A stretch of 64,000 nt of DNA from Octopus bimaculoides. Its lineage: Eukaryota. Below the pieces are notes generated by a model that was not told the DNA's origin, did no database searches, and saw nothing but the letters and a program-made list of their open reading frames with translations. Made by a program: the position numbers and the translations under genes. The stretch lies in NCBI RefSeq assembly GCF_001194135.2, contig NC_068983.1, positions 150,389,295-150,453,294 on the forward strand, written 5' to 3'. Positions 23,584 to 38,000 of this stretch are shown in pieces (position 1 is the first letter of the stretch; each line of letters starts with the position of its first letter).

Positions 23584-23963
23584 ATCATCATCATCGTTTA
23601 ACGTCCGCTTTCCATGCTAGCATGGGTTAGGAGGTTTTGACTGAGGACTGGTGAAACCGGATGGCAACACCAGGCTCCAATCTAAATTTGGTAGAGTTTC
23701 TACAGCTGGATGCCCTTCCTAACGCCAACCACTCAGAGAGTGTAGTAGGTGCTTTTACGTGTCACCTGCACGAAAGCCAGTCAGGCGATACTGGCAACAG
23801 CCACGCTTGAGATGGTGTCTTTTATGTGCCACCCACACAAGCCAGTCCAGGGCCACTGACAACGATCTCGCTCGAAAATCCTACGAAGGCCAGTCAGGCG
23901 GTACTGGCAACGGCCACGCTCAAAATGGTGCATCTTATGTGCCACCTGCACAAGAGCCAGTCC
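23584..23963 (-). mobile_element. RTE LINE 3'UTR copy
   Basis: ATCATCATCGTTTAACGTCCGC...; shares diagnostic bases (AAATTT, CCTACT) with the 18.8 and 45.6 kb copies. Confidence 0.92.
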
Positions 23964-25518
23964 AATCCAGTCCTCCAGTATAAATTTATAACATTTTTTT
24001 TTCACTGCCAGTGGAGTTACAAAATTGAAGGAGTACTGAATTAAGAATGAAATATTTAGTAGTCTGTAATTTGATTTCAAATTGCACTAGAATTGGCTTT
24101 GCCTTCCATCAATCTAACATTGATGAATTAATAAATGGATCGCTTCTTCCTCCTCCTCCATCATCATCACTTAACATCCATTTTCCATGCTGTCATGGGC
24201 TGGGTGGTTTGACAGGAGCTAACTAGGCAGAAGACTGCACCAGGTTTCACTGTCTGTTTTGGCAGGGTTTTTGTTAATGAATATTCAGTTGCTCAATCAA
24301 CATCCACTGAGCTATATACACATTGAATTACTACATAAATAATTTGAGTATTCCACGAACACTTGCAGCCCTTAATGTAATTTGTCTACAGCAAGAAATT
24401 TTCTTCATATCAAAACTGAGTGAATGGCTTCCTTACAAGTTTGAATATGCCCCAAACCTATTTGAACTGGTAATAGCTTTGTATTTATACCCATCACTTC
24501 TTAGCGCTGCTACCCCATAATTTGTTTGCCATGAGCTGCCAATTAGTGTTACTAGTCATTGTACAATTTTAGAAATATTATAAAAGAGATAATCTCATCA
24601 GTTCATGGTGCACCCTGTCAATTTTTTGTGACTGAAGAGAAGATAACCACTCCAAAATGCATCCTGCAGTTTGAGTGAGTGACACTGCAAGCTGATTTGT
24701 GTATTTACACCTATTCGTCTACAGTGAGAAATTTTCTCCATGACAAAACAAAGTAAATGACTTTCTTACAGGTTTGACTATTCTTCAAGCATGTTTGAAC
24801 TGATAATAACCTTGTATTTATACACACCACTGCTTAATGTAACTTAAGTAGACTCAATCTGATACAATGTGTTTTTGGAGTGTTAAGCTGTTGAGATGTT
24901 TCATTCACTGAGAATTTGAATTCCACATTGTGGTTTAGCTTTAGGCTAACTTAGCTCCAGCAAAACTACAATTAAAAGGGTTCTAGCTGTGAGCTTCCAG
25001 TCCCCTCCCTCCAGCAAAATGTATGGAAGACTACATAATTGAGAAAAATTTCTTGGTACTAAACCACAAATGTGTAGGGTGGGTTCTGGTTAGTGGTTTA
25101 CACAATCACTTAGTTCTATGCTTGATTCTACTCTGCAGCACCATGTTCAAGTGCCTTTCAACACAGTGCTGTAGTCTGAAACTGCAAAAACCTGTTTTTT
25201 TTTTTTTTTTGTTTTGTTTTTTTTCTTCTTTAATCTTTCACTTGTCTCAGTCACTAGATGATGGCAATGCTGGGCCTTGAAGAATTTTAGTTGAGTGAAT
25301 CGACATTAGTACTTCTTCTTTTTAAGCATGGTACTTATTATATGGTCTCTTTTGCCAAACTGTTAAGTTATGGGGGACACAAACACACCAATACTCATTG
25401 TCGAGGGGTGTTGGTGGGGACACATGTGCATGCACACACATTTGGGTCAAGTATTTGACTAGTCGCCTCCCACAAATTTCAGGCCTTGTGTCTATAGTAG
25501 AAAAGATTATTTGTGTGC

Positions 25519-25562
<44 letters not shown>

Positions 25563-25653
25563 NNNNNNNNNNACATTTGGGTCAAGTATTTGACTAGTCG
25601 CCTCCCACAAATTTCAGGCCTTGTGTCTATAGTAGAAAAGATTATTTGTGTGC

Positions 25654-25694
<41 letters not shown>

Positions 25695-25698
<4 letters not shown>

Positions 25699-25837
25699 AC
25701 AATTAGAAAATGGAGGATAATATGCTGAACCCAACTACTTGCAGACGATGTATCCCGTTGAATTCATTAATTTAATTCATAGCAAAAGTGACAAAAAAAG
25801 AAAGCAGCGTATTATCCTCCATTTTCTAATTGTTATA
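25695..25837. mobile_element. Small MITE with 33-bp TIRs next to a (TA)n tract
   Basis: TATAACAATTAGAAAATGGAGGATAATATGCTG vs CAGCGTATTATCCTCCATTTTCTAATTGTTATA, one mismatch. Confidence 0.75.
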
Positions 25838-25989
25838 CAAATTTGGGGTAAAACCTCCACTTTTACCCGCTCCCATTGATTGCACTTAGTATAGCACTAG
25901 TGTAGCAATAATTGGGTACCCTCCCAGCAGTATACTGGATAGACACTATCCCTTAGTGGGTTGGACCCCCAACCCCTAACTCTCTCACG

Positions 25990-26032
<43 letters not shown>

Positions 26033-26339
26033 TCATCCCATAAATAATGCAGTTTTTTCAGTTGCATGAAGAGGATGGGATAAACTACCTGCATCAAGTT
26101 GCTATAAAAGCAGATAGTAATTTTAATTTTTACTTATTCTTAGTGCAAGTTTGCCTTAAATTGGTTTATTTCATATGTGAATGTTGGATTGTTATTGTTG
26201 GAACTCTTCTGTGTCTTTTGTTGTTGCCAGATTGTTTGCATTTGCAGACTTTCTGAACATCCCCCTCACCTCATTTGAGGAGGGAAATTGTTATTTTTGC
26301 TATATTTTATACCATTTGTAGGAATTTTTAATTCCCAAA

Positions 26340-29215
26340 CCATGAGTTGCTTCTCTGTTGAGGAAAACACAAACCAAAACGATGGATAACACTATTAACA
26401 TGCTGTCAGGCAAGGATTTTTCTGGAAGGTCGCCAACCAGAACAGTCGAACAAAACAAATTTCGCTGCTGCAGCAGGTATCTCGAGGAAAAGAATTAATG
26501 TTGAACCGGAAGTACTAAACAAACACAAAGAAATGTTTCAAATGGGAGGACAAGAGTTGAAAGCTATCCTCCCAAGTGAATTAATAGAAAATACAACAAG
26601 TAAAATAATAGTGTATAAAAGGTATGTAGTGAAGGAAAACAAATTAGAAATCGCAGCAAAAGAAGACGTGGAGAAATGTCTGCAACCTATTTGGTCAGAC
26701 ATTACATTTCTAACAGGAGGGAAGAAATTTGCAACAATTGTGCATTTTAAAAGTGAAGAAAAAGTCAGGCAACTCCATGAAACCATTAAAAACAGCTAAA
26801 GTAGTGCTGCTACCAACTCACCTAGGAAGGCACACTTCCAAAATAACGGTGGAAGAAACTCCTCCCAAGATAGACATTATTTGGTTTTGCGCAGCACTTA
26901 TGGGCTTAGCGGATAAAATATTGATCATCAAAGCCACTAAAATTGAGCAGCAAAACTGGAAAGGCCAGTAGCTCGAAATAATCATTCAAGCAGCCCCTAC
27001 TCACCTTGAAGAAATTGCCTAAACCATCCAGATTAGAAAGGAAACCAAGTTATGTGTGATGGTAGAGAGGAGGAGGCCTCTCTACTTTAAATGTGGTGAG
27101 AAAGGCCATGTAAGAGCAGAGTGCCCCTCTCTTCCCCCCAGGCAAACCCCAGAACCAACAACCACAACTGATGCAGTGGATTCACCAATACAGGAGAATA
27201 CCACCCTATCAACCAAAAAGGAAGAAACTAAAAAAAGATTGGGCTACTTTAACTCACAAAAAAAATCTCCCCCTGCTGACACATACGAATCCCAAATAGT
27301 ACCCCCACCCACCCTAACACTTACCAAAAAATAGCTGAATCTACCCTTCCCAGTCCTGAAAATGAACCTCCCCTCCCCCTCTTTCCAACAGCAGCAGAGT
27401 TCAATTTAGTGGCAATAAATGTCAAGAATGAATTCTTAGCAGATGAACTCCAAAATATACCGACTGCAGAACTTTACAAAGAACATTTTACTATCCANNN
27501 NNNNNNNNNNNNNNNNNNNNNNNNNNNNGAATCCAAATTTATTCCATAGACAGAATAAATTATAATATATTATACTCCTGATTTCCTCATGACATAGGCC
27601 CTCTCAGAAAGGACTTTTGTACGTCTATGATAAGGGCCTAACCAAAGAATCCCCGCAAGACACAGACCAGACTGAGAAGGGATTATAGTCCCTTCTCCAA
27701 CAAAGGTAAGCCTTTTTATGGATACACTCACAGTAACATGTTTAAATGTATGTGGCCTGGGGTCAGACTGGAAGCAAGGTCACTTCTTTAATGACTTCAG
27801 GTCACATAGATTCAATGTGATAATGGCCACAGAAACCAGACTGAATGAGATGCAGGCCTTTCCCCACTCCTGAACGGCTACGAGAAATTTATTTCTCCAT
27901 GCCAGCCTGGGGAAGGAAGTGGTGATGCGATTCTACTCAGGAAAAATCTGGCTTTTGAGACTAGAACAATCTTTATTGACCCAGAAGACAGGCTGGTCAT
28001 CCTTGATGTGACACTCAGCAGTGGTTAGACATTCAGGCTGGTAGGTGTCTACAGGACTAGACAGTCAGACTATTTTAGAAGCCTATAAAATTTCTTAAGC
28101 ACATCTCGTACTTTATTATTATTAGATGACTTCAACACAATCTGTGATGCATGTGTAGATTGTGTTGGCTCGAATCCAAATAGAAGGAGTAGCCCCTGCC
28201 TCACTGATCTGTTAAGCTTTCAGCTGGCAGATCGGTGTAGACTAGAATTTCCGGATGCTCCAGTGTGGACATGGATGAACAGTGACAGGTCTTCTAGATC
28301 TTATCTAGAAGTGTTGAAAGGCACTTTTGCTCCTCTGCTGCACACGTAATGCTAGTAGAGTGGGTTCCACCTTGTCATTCTATAGAGCGTTGGTAGTGGC
28401 CAAGTGTGATGACACTCTGGGAGAAACCCTGGGCTTCGACGATGGGCAATTGGCCAGCCTGTTTCAAAGGACATTCGGGCCAGGACCTTTGGACAACTTC
28501 CAGAGGTCCCTAGCCTGGTAATGTTACTGAAGAACCTTACCAGTTCACAATAAACTTGCAAAGCATGGTGCCTCATGCTTACCCACCTGCCCAAGATGTG
28601 GGTGGGACAGTGAAACTTCTGCATGAATTTGAGCAGTGTTCAGGGATTGCAGAGTTGTGGGTTTATATCGAACGACTGCTGTCACATCTGGGAAGAGTAC
28701 AGCTGTCCGAGTCAGTCATAAAGATTGTTCCACCCCCACCTCTCTGAACAGTGAAGGTAAGGTTTGTTTTCTCGTAGTGGTCGCTAGAGCAAAAGAGGCT
28801 GTATGGAGGACATAAATGAAAGGATTGGTGACAGGTATCTTCATCTCTGGCCAAGTATTAGCAAACTTCTTTGTTTTCCATTTACAAAGGAAAATAAGGC
28901 TAGAGAGGAGGTGTCATCGGATACGTATGGTAAAAGATGGAAGCAAGCGGTATACATGTTGGGAATAAAAGGTTTTGCATGTGTGTAAACCCTAAAAGGT
29001 AAACCAAAAGGTCCAGTGGAGGAATGTATCTTGCAGGTCATACCTGTCCCCCACTTCATTGTACTGTTGTATTGTTTGTTTCTCATTTGTTTTATTATCA
29101 TAAATTTTTAATTGTCTACTTTTTACATATTTTCATATGCTTCCCGACCCCATGTTCATTTTATATCATCCCCTCTGTGTTTGGTCCTTGTGGCTTGAAT
29201 GAAATAATTATTCTT
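26340..29215 (+). mobile_element. Degenerate Tx1/L1-like non-LTR retrotransposon
   Basis: ORF1-like remnants with zinc knuckle (Y)FKCGEKGHVRAEC at ~27080; AP-endonuclease remnants at 27770-28310 (ATETRL, DDFN, WTW); C-terminal zf-RVT-like LPVHNKL..HG...CPRCG...QC at ~28530-28650; 3' end ...GGTCCTTGTGGCTTGAATGAAATAATT. The 5' boundary is approximate. Confidence 0.75.
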
Positions 29216-31392
29216 AGTGCAAGTTTTGAAGAGTGCAGTTGGATTTTTAGCAGTTATTTTTTCAAAGCTATAATAGAAGTGACAAAGGAGCATATTTGGC
29301 ATATTTTTCTTGAAAGTTAAGATGAATTGAAGTGGACTTCAGTGAATTTTCAGAAATTCCCCTATCTTACCCCTTCCTAAACCATTTACCCCCCCCCCCC
29401 AAAAAAAAAATTGTATAACCAGAATCTACATGGTATGACACATATTCGTAGAAAGTTTCATTACAAAATATCAGTTTTTCTAAAAGTTATGATCATCGAA
29501 AGTGGCGGCGGGGATCTGTAGTTATGTCAACAAATTCGACACTTTTCTTCTCGGCATGGTTATATATATATATACAGAAATACACAAGTGCAGAAGATAG
29601 TAAACAATGAAAATAACAAGTATGGTATGGGTTGAAGTGAAATTTGTTAGTCAGTGAACCAAAGAGCCAGTATCGAAGGAACTAGCAAGAAACTTTAACA
29701 ACAGAAAAACACAAAACCATAGGGATTGAATTGAAATTTATGGAGATACTTCTGTCAGTAAGTTATGAAATTACATCAGTAATTGTGAACTTCTTTCTGT
29801 CAGTAATTTGTTGTTGTTTGTTTGTAAACAGCAATCAAAAACTTCAACTTACAGTGAAAACAATAACATGGAATTTAAACAATGGAGTATGAAAATGGAA
29901 AGTGAAAAGAATAGCATCTGGAAAATGAAAGTGCAAACAAGAGATATAGAGAGATATGTTACAGAGATAGATAGAGAGAGATACATAAAGAGAGATGTTA
30001 TGTCACTGATGCTAGAAAACTGGAAGTAAATATTTAAAAATCTTTCAAAGACCTGAATGTAATATAGAAAGCAATATTTTTAATTTTTAATAATTGTTAA
30101 TAAAAAAATCAAATGAACAACCTATTATTTGTCCGAAGTCAAGTTCTTCATGCATCACAAGTATGAAAGCAATTAGTGAAGCTGTTTTCATGTGAAAAGT
30201 AAATATGCACATGTCTCTATTTTATATATTAATAAAATAATCAAACGAACAGCTTATTATTTGTCTGAGGTCAAATTATTCATGCATCACAAGTATGAAA
30301 AGTGAATATGCATGCATCTCTATTTTATATATTATTAGATTAGATAATTGAACACACTAGTTTTGGGAACACTGCAGTTATTAAAATTCATCATTTAAAA
30401 ACCATATCTTCAAAAAGGTAGTTTTTATTGCTTTACACTTAAATTTGATAATATTTATAAAATATGCAGGTATTATGATCTGTGAACTGAAGTGTTCATC
30501 TTTAATAGATCTCTCTCTCTCTCTCTCTCTCTGCACCTACTTTTTGCTCAGATACATAGAGTCTATTCAGGTTTAGTCCTAGATTAATGTTTTTTTAAAC
30601 AGTTAAACTGCAGAACAGAGGTGAAAGTTTAGCATTTCTCATACTTAAATCCACAAATAGTAGATGAAATTTACTACATCTAAACAGCCATATTTTGCCT
30701 TTTGTAACATTAGCTAAATTTACATTACTTATCTTAACATAAGCTCACATTACAACAGTCCTCCAGTCTTTCACACTTAATTTACTAACATAACACACAA
30801 TGCAAGCAACATATTCCCATACTTGAAATATGTAAAAAGAAGAAAAATTTTCACACTGAAACAAGTAGATTTTTGTGAGGAATAAAACCTATCCCATTTT
30901 ATTACATAACTCATCCCATTTTACTGCACTTGTAGGTGACCTAATATTAACCAATTACTGAAGGAAAACAAGGAATCTTTTCTCCCTGTATGTAATCAGT
31001 ATCTGAATGTATGTTGCACTGTTAACTATTACAGCCAACTAACTGAAAAATTGTTCTTGCTAAGCACTTTTGTGTGTAACTGATAATTTTCATATAACCT
31101 ACTTTTAATGTAACTAATTCAGTTTTACACATAACCTAGCACTCGTCAAACATATAGAGACAACTTGCTAAAAAGGTAAAATTGTCTCAGAAGATTCAAT
31201 TTATTTTATCAATGATTGTTAACATTAATAACCCTTCCTATAAAAGGCACATGGCCTGGAATTTTGGAGATGGGGTTAGCCAATTACATCAACCCCAGCA
31301 CTATATATATATATTGATGATATTGCATATAACTATCATGTCCAACTTGACTATTTTATGAAGAAAGAAGTGTTAGGTATGTCAACATATCT

Positions 31393-31598
31393 TTTCTATC
31401 TTTTCAGACCTTGTAGCCTTGAATAGTTTTCTCCTCCTTGGAAATGAATGAATGGTCTGGCAATTTTTTCCAATACAATCCAGTTTCATCTATGTTAAAA
31501 ATCTGTTTGGGAAGAAACCCGTTTTCTTCAATGATTTTCTTTAATGCATTAGGAAATTCCGCTGCTGCTTGTTCGTCAGCTGATGCACTTTCATCTTG
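31393..31598 (-). mobile_element. Tigger/pogo transposase fragment
   Basis: SADEQAAAEFPNALKKIIEENGFLPKQIFNIDETGLYWKKLPDHSFISKEEK* contains the pogo DDE motif IFNxDETGLxWK. Confidence 0.85.
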
Positions 31599-31953
31599 CT
31601 TCTTAATGGACTGATTAAGAGCAACTTAATTTGCTTCTTAATGGACTGATTTAAGAGCAACTTCTTTACTCTTAAATCTCATGAATCATCCTATTTTTAC
31701 CACCCCAAATCTCCTCTGACAGCATGTCCTGACATATCTTTGCCATCATCTTTCTCACTATCACTCTTTTGATCTTACTTTCCAACTCACTCTCCTTTGT
31801 TTTCCAAGTGAGAAATCCCTTTATCTACTCTACAGCAAGACACATATATCTGTCCCCTCTATACCTTAAATCTATCAATTGGTACAAAGCCACACCCACT
31901 CAATACTACTCCCTGTTGAGTGGGTTTTGTTTTGCAAGGTACTTAATGACTCT

Positions 31954-32340
31954 GTTGGTGCTGGTGCCACATAAAAAGCACTGGTGCTGGTGCCACAAAA
32001 AAAAAGAAAGCACTGGTGATGGTGCCACATAAAAAAGCAATGGCGCTGATGCCACATTAAAAGAATTGGGGCTGGTGTCATGTAAAAAAAAAACACTGGT
32101 GATGGTGCCATATAAAATGTACTGGTGATGGTGTCATGTAAAAAATACTGATGCTGGTACTACCTAAAAAGCACCCAGTACACTGTAAATCAGTTGGTAT
32201 TAGGAAGGGTATTGAGCTGTTGAAACTATACCAAAAATAAACAATGGAACCTAGTGTGGATCCTGGCCTTGCCAGCTTCTGTCAAACAGTTCAACCCATA
32301 CTAACATGGAAAATAGATATTAAAGGACGATATGTTGTCA
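31954..32340 (+). mobile_element. Older RTE-related 3' end with a ~26-bp tandem array
   Basis: About 8 units of (A)CTGGTG(C/A)TGGTGCCACATAAAAAGC precede a diverged GTTGGTATTAGGAAGGGTATT.AGCTGT core and a GAT-type tail. Confidence 0.7.
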
Positions 32341-34213
32341 TCATAATCATCATCTTTTAACAATCATGTTCCATGCTGGCATTGTTGGGTTGTTTGACAT
32401 GATCTGATGGGTCCAGAGAGTGCATTGTTCTCCAGTGTCTGCTTTGGCATGGTTTCTCTGGCTGGATGCTGTCCCTAATTCCAGCCCAGACTAAAATCCT
32501 CTTCAACTAAGTGGGACTAAAGTAGAAAGGGAAGCAGGTGTATGCTGTGAGATGAGGAGTTAAACTGAGATAAAAAGGGCCTGAAAAGAACAGGTTCCTG
32601 TAGGGAACTACACAATCACTCACATTATAGAAGGTGAGAGTGGTTAAGAAAGAATTAGAATGAGACAGAGAGAGAAGGGAAAAACTGAAGAAACAGCAAC
32701 AGAGAGAGAAAGAAAGAGAGAATAAAGTGAAACTGAAGGTAAAAGAAAAAGTTTGATGCCATGAACAGACATTTCTGTACTTTAAACTAACACTTTTACT
32801 CTACTACCACCCCATTACAACTACCAATTTTTCTTCATCGCTTTTCTTGAGTCCTTCTCATTTTATCCCAGAGGTTTTTGGATTCCTGATTTTTTCTTCA
32901 AGTATTATTTTGGGGCTGAATTTGGATGTGTGTGCAAATTTTCGAAGAGATTTTTAGTGGGTGTCCATTTATAGTGTCACCAATTTAGTGAGAGTGGTTA
33001 CTAATTTATAGTATAAAAGTATTCGTGGAAAAGTCCTGTGAGTGAGCTTTTGAGAAGCATGTGTAATGGAATATCAGAAAGCATTTTTATACAAAACCTT
33101 TTAATCTATTAAAAGATAACGAGAGCTGACAAGTAGTAAGAGTGTAACTTGAGTGTGTGTGCATGAGTCAGGGAAAGCTTTATAACTTGTGATTGAAATA
33201 TGGATTCAGTTGGAAATCATTTTAAGCTAATAGGAATTGAGCTATTGTAAACAAAAATATACCAGTCATAACATGGCCAGAGTAGTGAGCTGATGTCATC
33301 CAGAATTTCATGGAGTGAAGTTGGCATAAATGAAATAGGCTGTTCATGATGTGATCAGAGTTGGAGGGCAAGTATAATTCATAGCTAGTGGCAAGAAGCT
33401 GGTGTGAAAAAAAACTGTTCATGATGAAGAGGCAATGTTGCTGGTCCACCATCTTTCTGTTAACAGAGAATTGCCTTTGGTATTAATACACACCCAGTCC
33501 AGATTGGCTGGAGGTGTGCTATGATGTGACAACTAAAATAGCTTTCCTGACATGCTACAGATTTATTGAGAAACATTTCAAGGCAAACAAACATTGACTC
33601 TTAAAGAGAAGAGATTTTATGAGTATGGTGCTGTTTAATCCAAACTCTAATGGTTTGCAAGGACATGTATTGATTTAAAGGATGAATTATTGGGGGTTTC
33701 CCATTGCCTTTTGCAGATCCTTAAGAAAACAACACTATTCACTTTTGCCCACCCACTTCTACTTACTATCACCTCTAGTAAGATAGACAATGTTGCAGAT
33801 GATATCACTGCTCATTCCTCCTTAATCTTTTGCATCCTAAACATTTCATCCCAAATCTACATTGACATCATGAACAGACTTCAAAAACTTTTTCCAACAG
33901 GTTCATGTGAATCTTCTCTCCTTTACCAGCACTAATAATCATTACATATTATCATGGACATGTCCCTTAATACGAACAGCATGCAGTTAGAATCTTCAAA
34001 ATTACTACAAATGCCATGCAAAATCATAACTTAAGGTCTCTCCTGGGGAATGTATATTCTTCATATAGCTAAAATTATTTTGCAAAAACTGATCTTCCAT
34101 TTCAGCGCCAACAAGTACTTGTACTCTCTACACAGATCTGATGAAACCTGCAATAGAATACCGTTTCCATATTTGTGATAGTGCTGCTACTTGGTTGGCA
34201 CTCTGTCGCTTAT

Positions 34214-34560
34214 GACGTCGAGGGTTCCAGTTGATCCGATCAACGGAACAGCCTGCTCATGAAATTAATGTGCAAGTGGTTGAGCACTCCACAGACATGT
34301 GTACCCTTAACGTAGTTCTCGGGGAGATTCAGTGTGACACAGAGTGTGACAAGGCTGGCCCTTTGAAATACAGGTACAACAGAAACAGGAAGAAAGAGTG
34401 AAAGAAAGTTATGGTGAAAGAGTATAGCAGGGTTCACCACCATCCCCTGACGGAGCCTCATGGAACTTTAGGTGTTTCGCTCAATAAACACTCACAACGC
34501 CCGGTCTGGGAATCGAAACTGCGAGTCCACTGCCCTAACCACTGGGCCATTGCGCTTCCA
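34214..34560 (-). mobile_element. tRNA-derived SINE, family A (second copy)
   Basis: Colinear with 7534-7881; small deletion in the tRNA head. Confidence 0.88.
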
Positions 34561-35044
34561 CGCTGCTACTTACACAGACAACTTAAACCACATTTGAAGA
34601 AAGTCCATCTGATTAGCATGAAGTCATCCTCCAATATACTTCAACCTTGGCTCCACAGATGCACTGTCAACTTTGCCTTTTCTACCTTTATTTCAGAGGC
34701 CTCCGTTCCTAGCAGCTGGATGGGATCATATAACCTTCATCATTCACGCTGTGCCCAATTTTATCCTCATACATTAGTTACAACACTCATTCCTTCTTTC
34801 CTAGAACATTAGCTGGAAATTCATTGCTGCAATTGTTGACTTATCATTGTTCAAGAGGAACATTAACTGCATCAGTCTTGCTAATTTCTGAGCACTTATA
34901 AATGCTATAGACAGAGAATCTTCCTTCTGATCCAATCTTCTATGTTAACAAATTACAATTTTGCAGTCCTGCCAAATTGTAACACAGGATATGAATGGCT
35001 GATCTCTTGACTAGTTGTGTAGTCCCCATTGGGCTGACTTCTAT

Positions 35045-38000
35045 ATATTAATGATATCAATATGAAACTGATTATTCAGACATCTGGCAAACAGGATCTT
35101 ATCAGCAAGTTATCTCTCGTGCTTGTTTTTCATGGAAAGAAGCAAACCATAAATAGAATTCTTTTGCAACTAGCAAGTAATGGAACATACACTGGTCATG
35201 CTGCAAGACAGTCCACTCACACTGTCTCATACTGATTGTTGAAGTGTTTATCTAGTGTCGATATCTTTTCTGTCTTTTGTAGCAACAACCATAGACTGTT
35301 GTCAATGGTAAAATAAATATTTTTGCATTTAAAAATCATCACACAGGTAACTACTGAAAATCAGAAATCATTTTTATCATTACAATTTATGACCTCAAGA
35401 AGAGACATGAACTGCAGCCTAAAACTTTCAACAACACTACTGAAAGGCCTGTACACGACCCTGTCAAGAATGCTAGGCAGCTTATCAACACACTAAACAG
35501 GTTCACAAACACTGCCAATATATCTTAGCAAGTATCTTTTCCCATTTATCATAGCTTTGTCCAAATTACCAACATTCCTGTTGTGGATACATTGGTGCTC
35601 CCATCACAAACACGTTATGCTGTTTCTCAGCATATCAAGCATTTTCAACTACATCAAAAAGATGACAGTATGCTACCTGCAACATCATCAATACCCAATT
35701 AACGTGACCAATAAATTCTTTGTCTTCATCCTCAAAAAAAAAAAAAAAAGGACTTGGTCAGCATTGACTGCTTAAAATTGGCTCACCCTGAGTCTCAAAC
35801 ATCAATACATTCTTCCACTGATACCTCCATATCTGTCCCAGTGACAATGAGATCAGGTTAGTGAGTACACTTCCTGTCTCATTATGCACAATACAGCATG
35901 TGGAAAAAAAATTGTTTCTTTCATAGTGATACTGACTTCACATGGATTCTTCTTTTCAGTTCACACACACACATTGACATATATACATTCCCATGCATTT
36001 AGCATGCACACAAATACGCCAGTCAACTTCAATTGCTTCTGTTCAGAAGCTTTGAAAATGGCTGAATTGGTTTACTATACAACACAGATTCAGATTCACA
36101 TGAATATGCTAAAACCCACCATCTAACAAATGTACACACACACAAGTCTATATACGAGTTACTCACTCATTCACTCAAACACATACTATGAAGTCTATCA
36201 GATTTTCCTTCCTTGTATTTATACAACTATTTTTTGGTTTCTTTTGTATGTGTAAATATTACCTTTTGGTATGAATACTGCTTCTATTGCTAATAATAAT
36301 TTTTTTGCTCAGTATGTAGAAAAGGAGTAGGTAGTAACTCTATAAGATGTACCCGGTGCAAGCTATGGACACATAAGAGGTGCAGCAACATCAAAGGCAG
36401 GTTAACTAGCAAGTTAGTTTTTGTTTGTGGCAGATGTTCAGGTGCAATAAAGACTGCAAACAAACAGGAAACAACTTCTATCTCATTCCAGGGTGAAAAA
36501 CTAGAGGTAGTCGATAGCTTCCGCTATCTGGGCGACCAAGTTAGTAGTGGGGGTGGGTGCGCTGAAAGTGTAGCTGCTAGAATAAGAATAGCCTGGGCAA
36601 AGTTTAGAGAGCTCTTACCCCTGCTGGCGACAAAGGGACTCTCACTCAGAGTAAAAGGCAGACTGTATGACGCATGCNNNNNNNNNNNNNNNNNNNNNNN
36701 NNNNNNNNNNNNNNNNNNNNNNNNNNNNNNNNNNNNNNNNNNNNNNNNNNNNNNNNNNNNNNNNNNNNNNNNNNNNNNNNNNNNNNNNNNNNNNNNNNNN
36801 NNNNNNNNNNNNNNNNNNNNNNNNNNNNNNNNNNNNNNNNNNNNNNNNNNNNNNNNNNNNNNNNNNNNNNNNNNNNNNNNNNNNNNNNNNNNNNNNNNNN
36901 NNNNNNNNNNNNNNNNNNNNNNNNNNNNNNNNNNNNNNNNNNNNNNNNNNNNNNNNNNNNNNNNNNNNNNNNNNNNNNNNNNNNNNNNNNNNNNNNNNNN
37001 NNNNNNNNNNNNNNNNNNNNNNNNNNNNNNNNNNNNNNNNNNNNNNNNNNNNNNNNNNNNNNNNNNNNNNNNNNNNNNNNNNNNNNNNNNNNNNNNNNNN
37101 NNNNNNNNNNNNNNNNNNNNNNNNNNNNNNNNNNNNNNNNNNNNNNNNNNNNNNNNNNNNNNNNNNNNNNNNNNNNNNNNNNNNNNNNNNNNNNNNNNNN
37201 NNNNNNNNNNNNNNNNNNNNNNNNNNNNNNNNNNNNNNNNNNNNNNNNNNGTGGCACATAAAAGACACCATTTCGAGCGTGGCCGTTTTCGTGCGGGTGA
37301 CACGTAAAAGCACCCACTACACTCTCTGAGTGGTTGGCGTTAGGAAGGGCATCCAGCTGTAGAAGCTCTGCCAAATTAGATTGGAGCCTGGTGTTGCCAT
37401 CCGGTTTCACCAGTCCTCAGTCAAATCGTCCAACCCATGCTAGCATGGAAAGCGGACGTTAAACGATGATGATGATGATGATGATGATGAATAAGCCCAC
37501 TGGCTATTTGTGACACCAGTGTTTCTGTGTACATTGCTAGCAGGTACTGAGGTTCAATGTATATTGCTAGCAGGCAGAGATATTGCTGTTATCTTCATGT
37601 CTAAACAAGGTCAGTGAAGGCCAAAATCATGTGATCTGGTAGTCTTGGTGATTTATCTTCCAGCTAGTGAAGTAAACAAGTGCTATAATTTCAATAGAAA
37701 AATCTGTAGAGATAACCTGAACAAGTGATTTTAAGTGCACTGCTAACACAGTAGTACATGGCATTGACTTATGAAAACATTTTATGACTGCATAATGAAA
37801 TACCGTGAGCAGACAAGCCATTAATATATATATATATATATATGTTCTCACATACCTTGCTATGCAGATTTCTGCACCTCAAACTCGTACAAAACAGTAC
37901 ATGAAAAATGCTTTCTGTCAGTACTCCAGTCTTTTCAGCTAGATCACCTGCTTGCTATCTATGCAATTTAGGCAACATCCTCAGTCCTGCATTCACCTTT

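Noticed and set aside
25438-25690. Exact ~85-bp direct duplication followed by (TA)n
   Set aside because: The two identical copies flank a 10-N gap (25563-25572), the typical signature of overlapping contig ends; assembly artefact.
29340-29575. Possible Helitron/Helentron-type non-autonomous end
   Set aside because: Only a general resemblance; termini and hairpin could not be defined.
30110-30335. Two diverged ~110-130-bp tandem copies; also short direct repeats at 31596-31662 and 57305-57375
   Set aside because: Ordinary local slippage duplications with no coding or structural signal.
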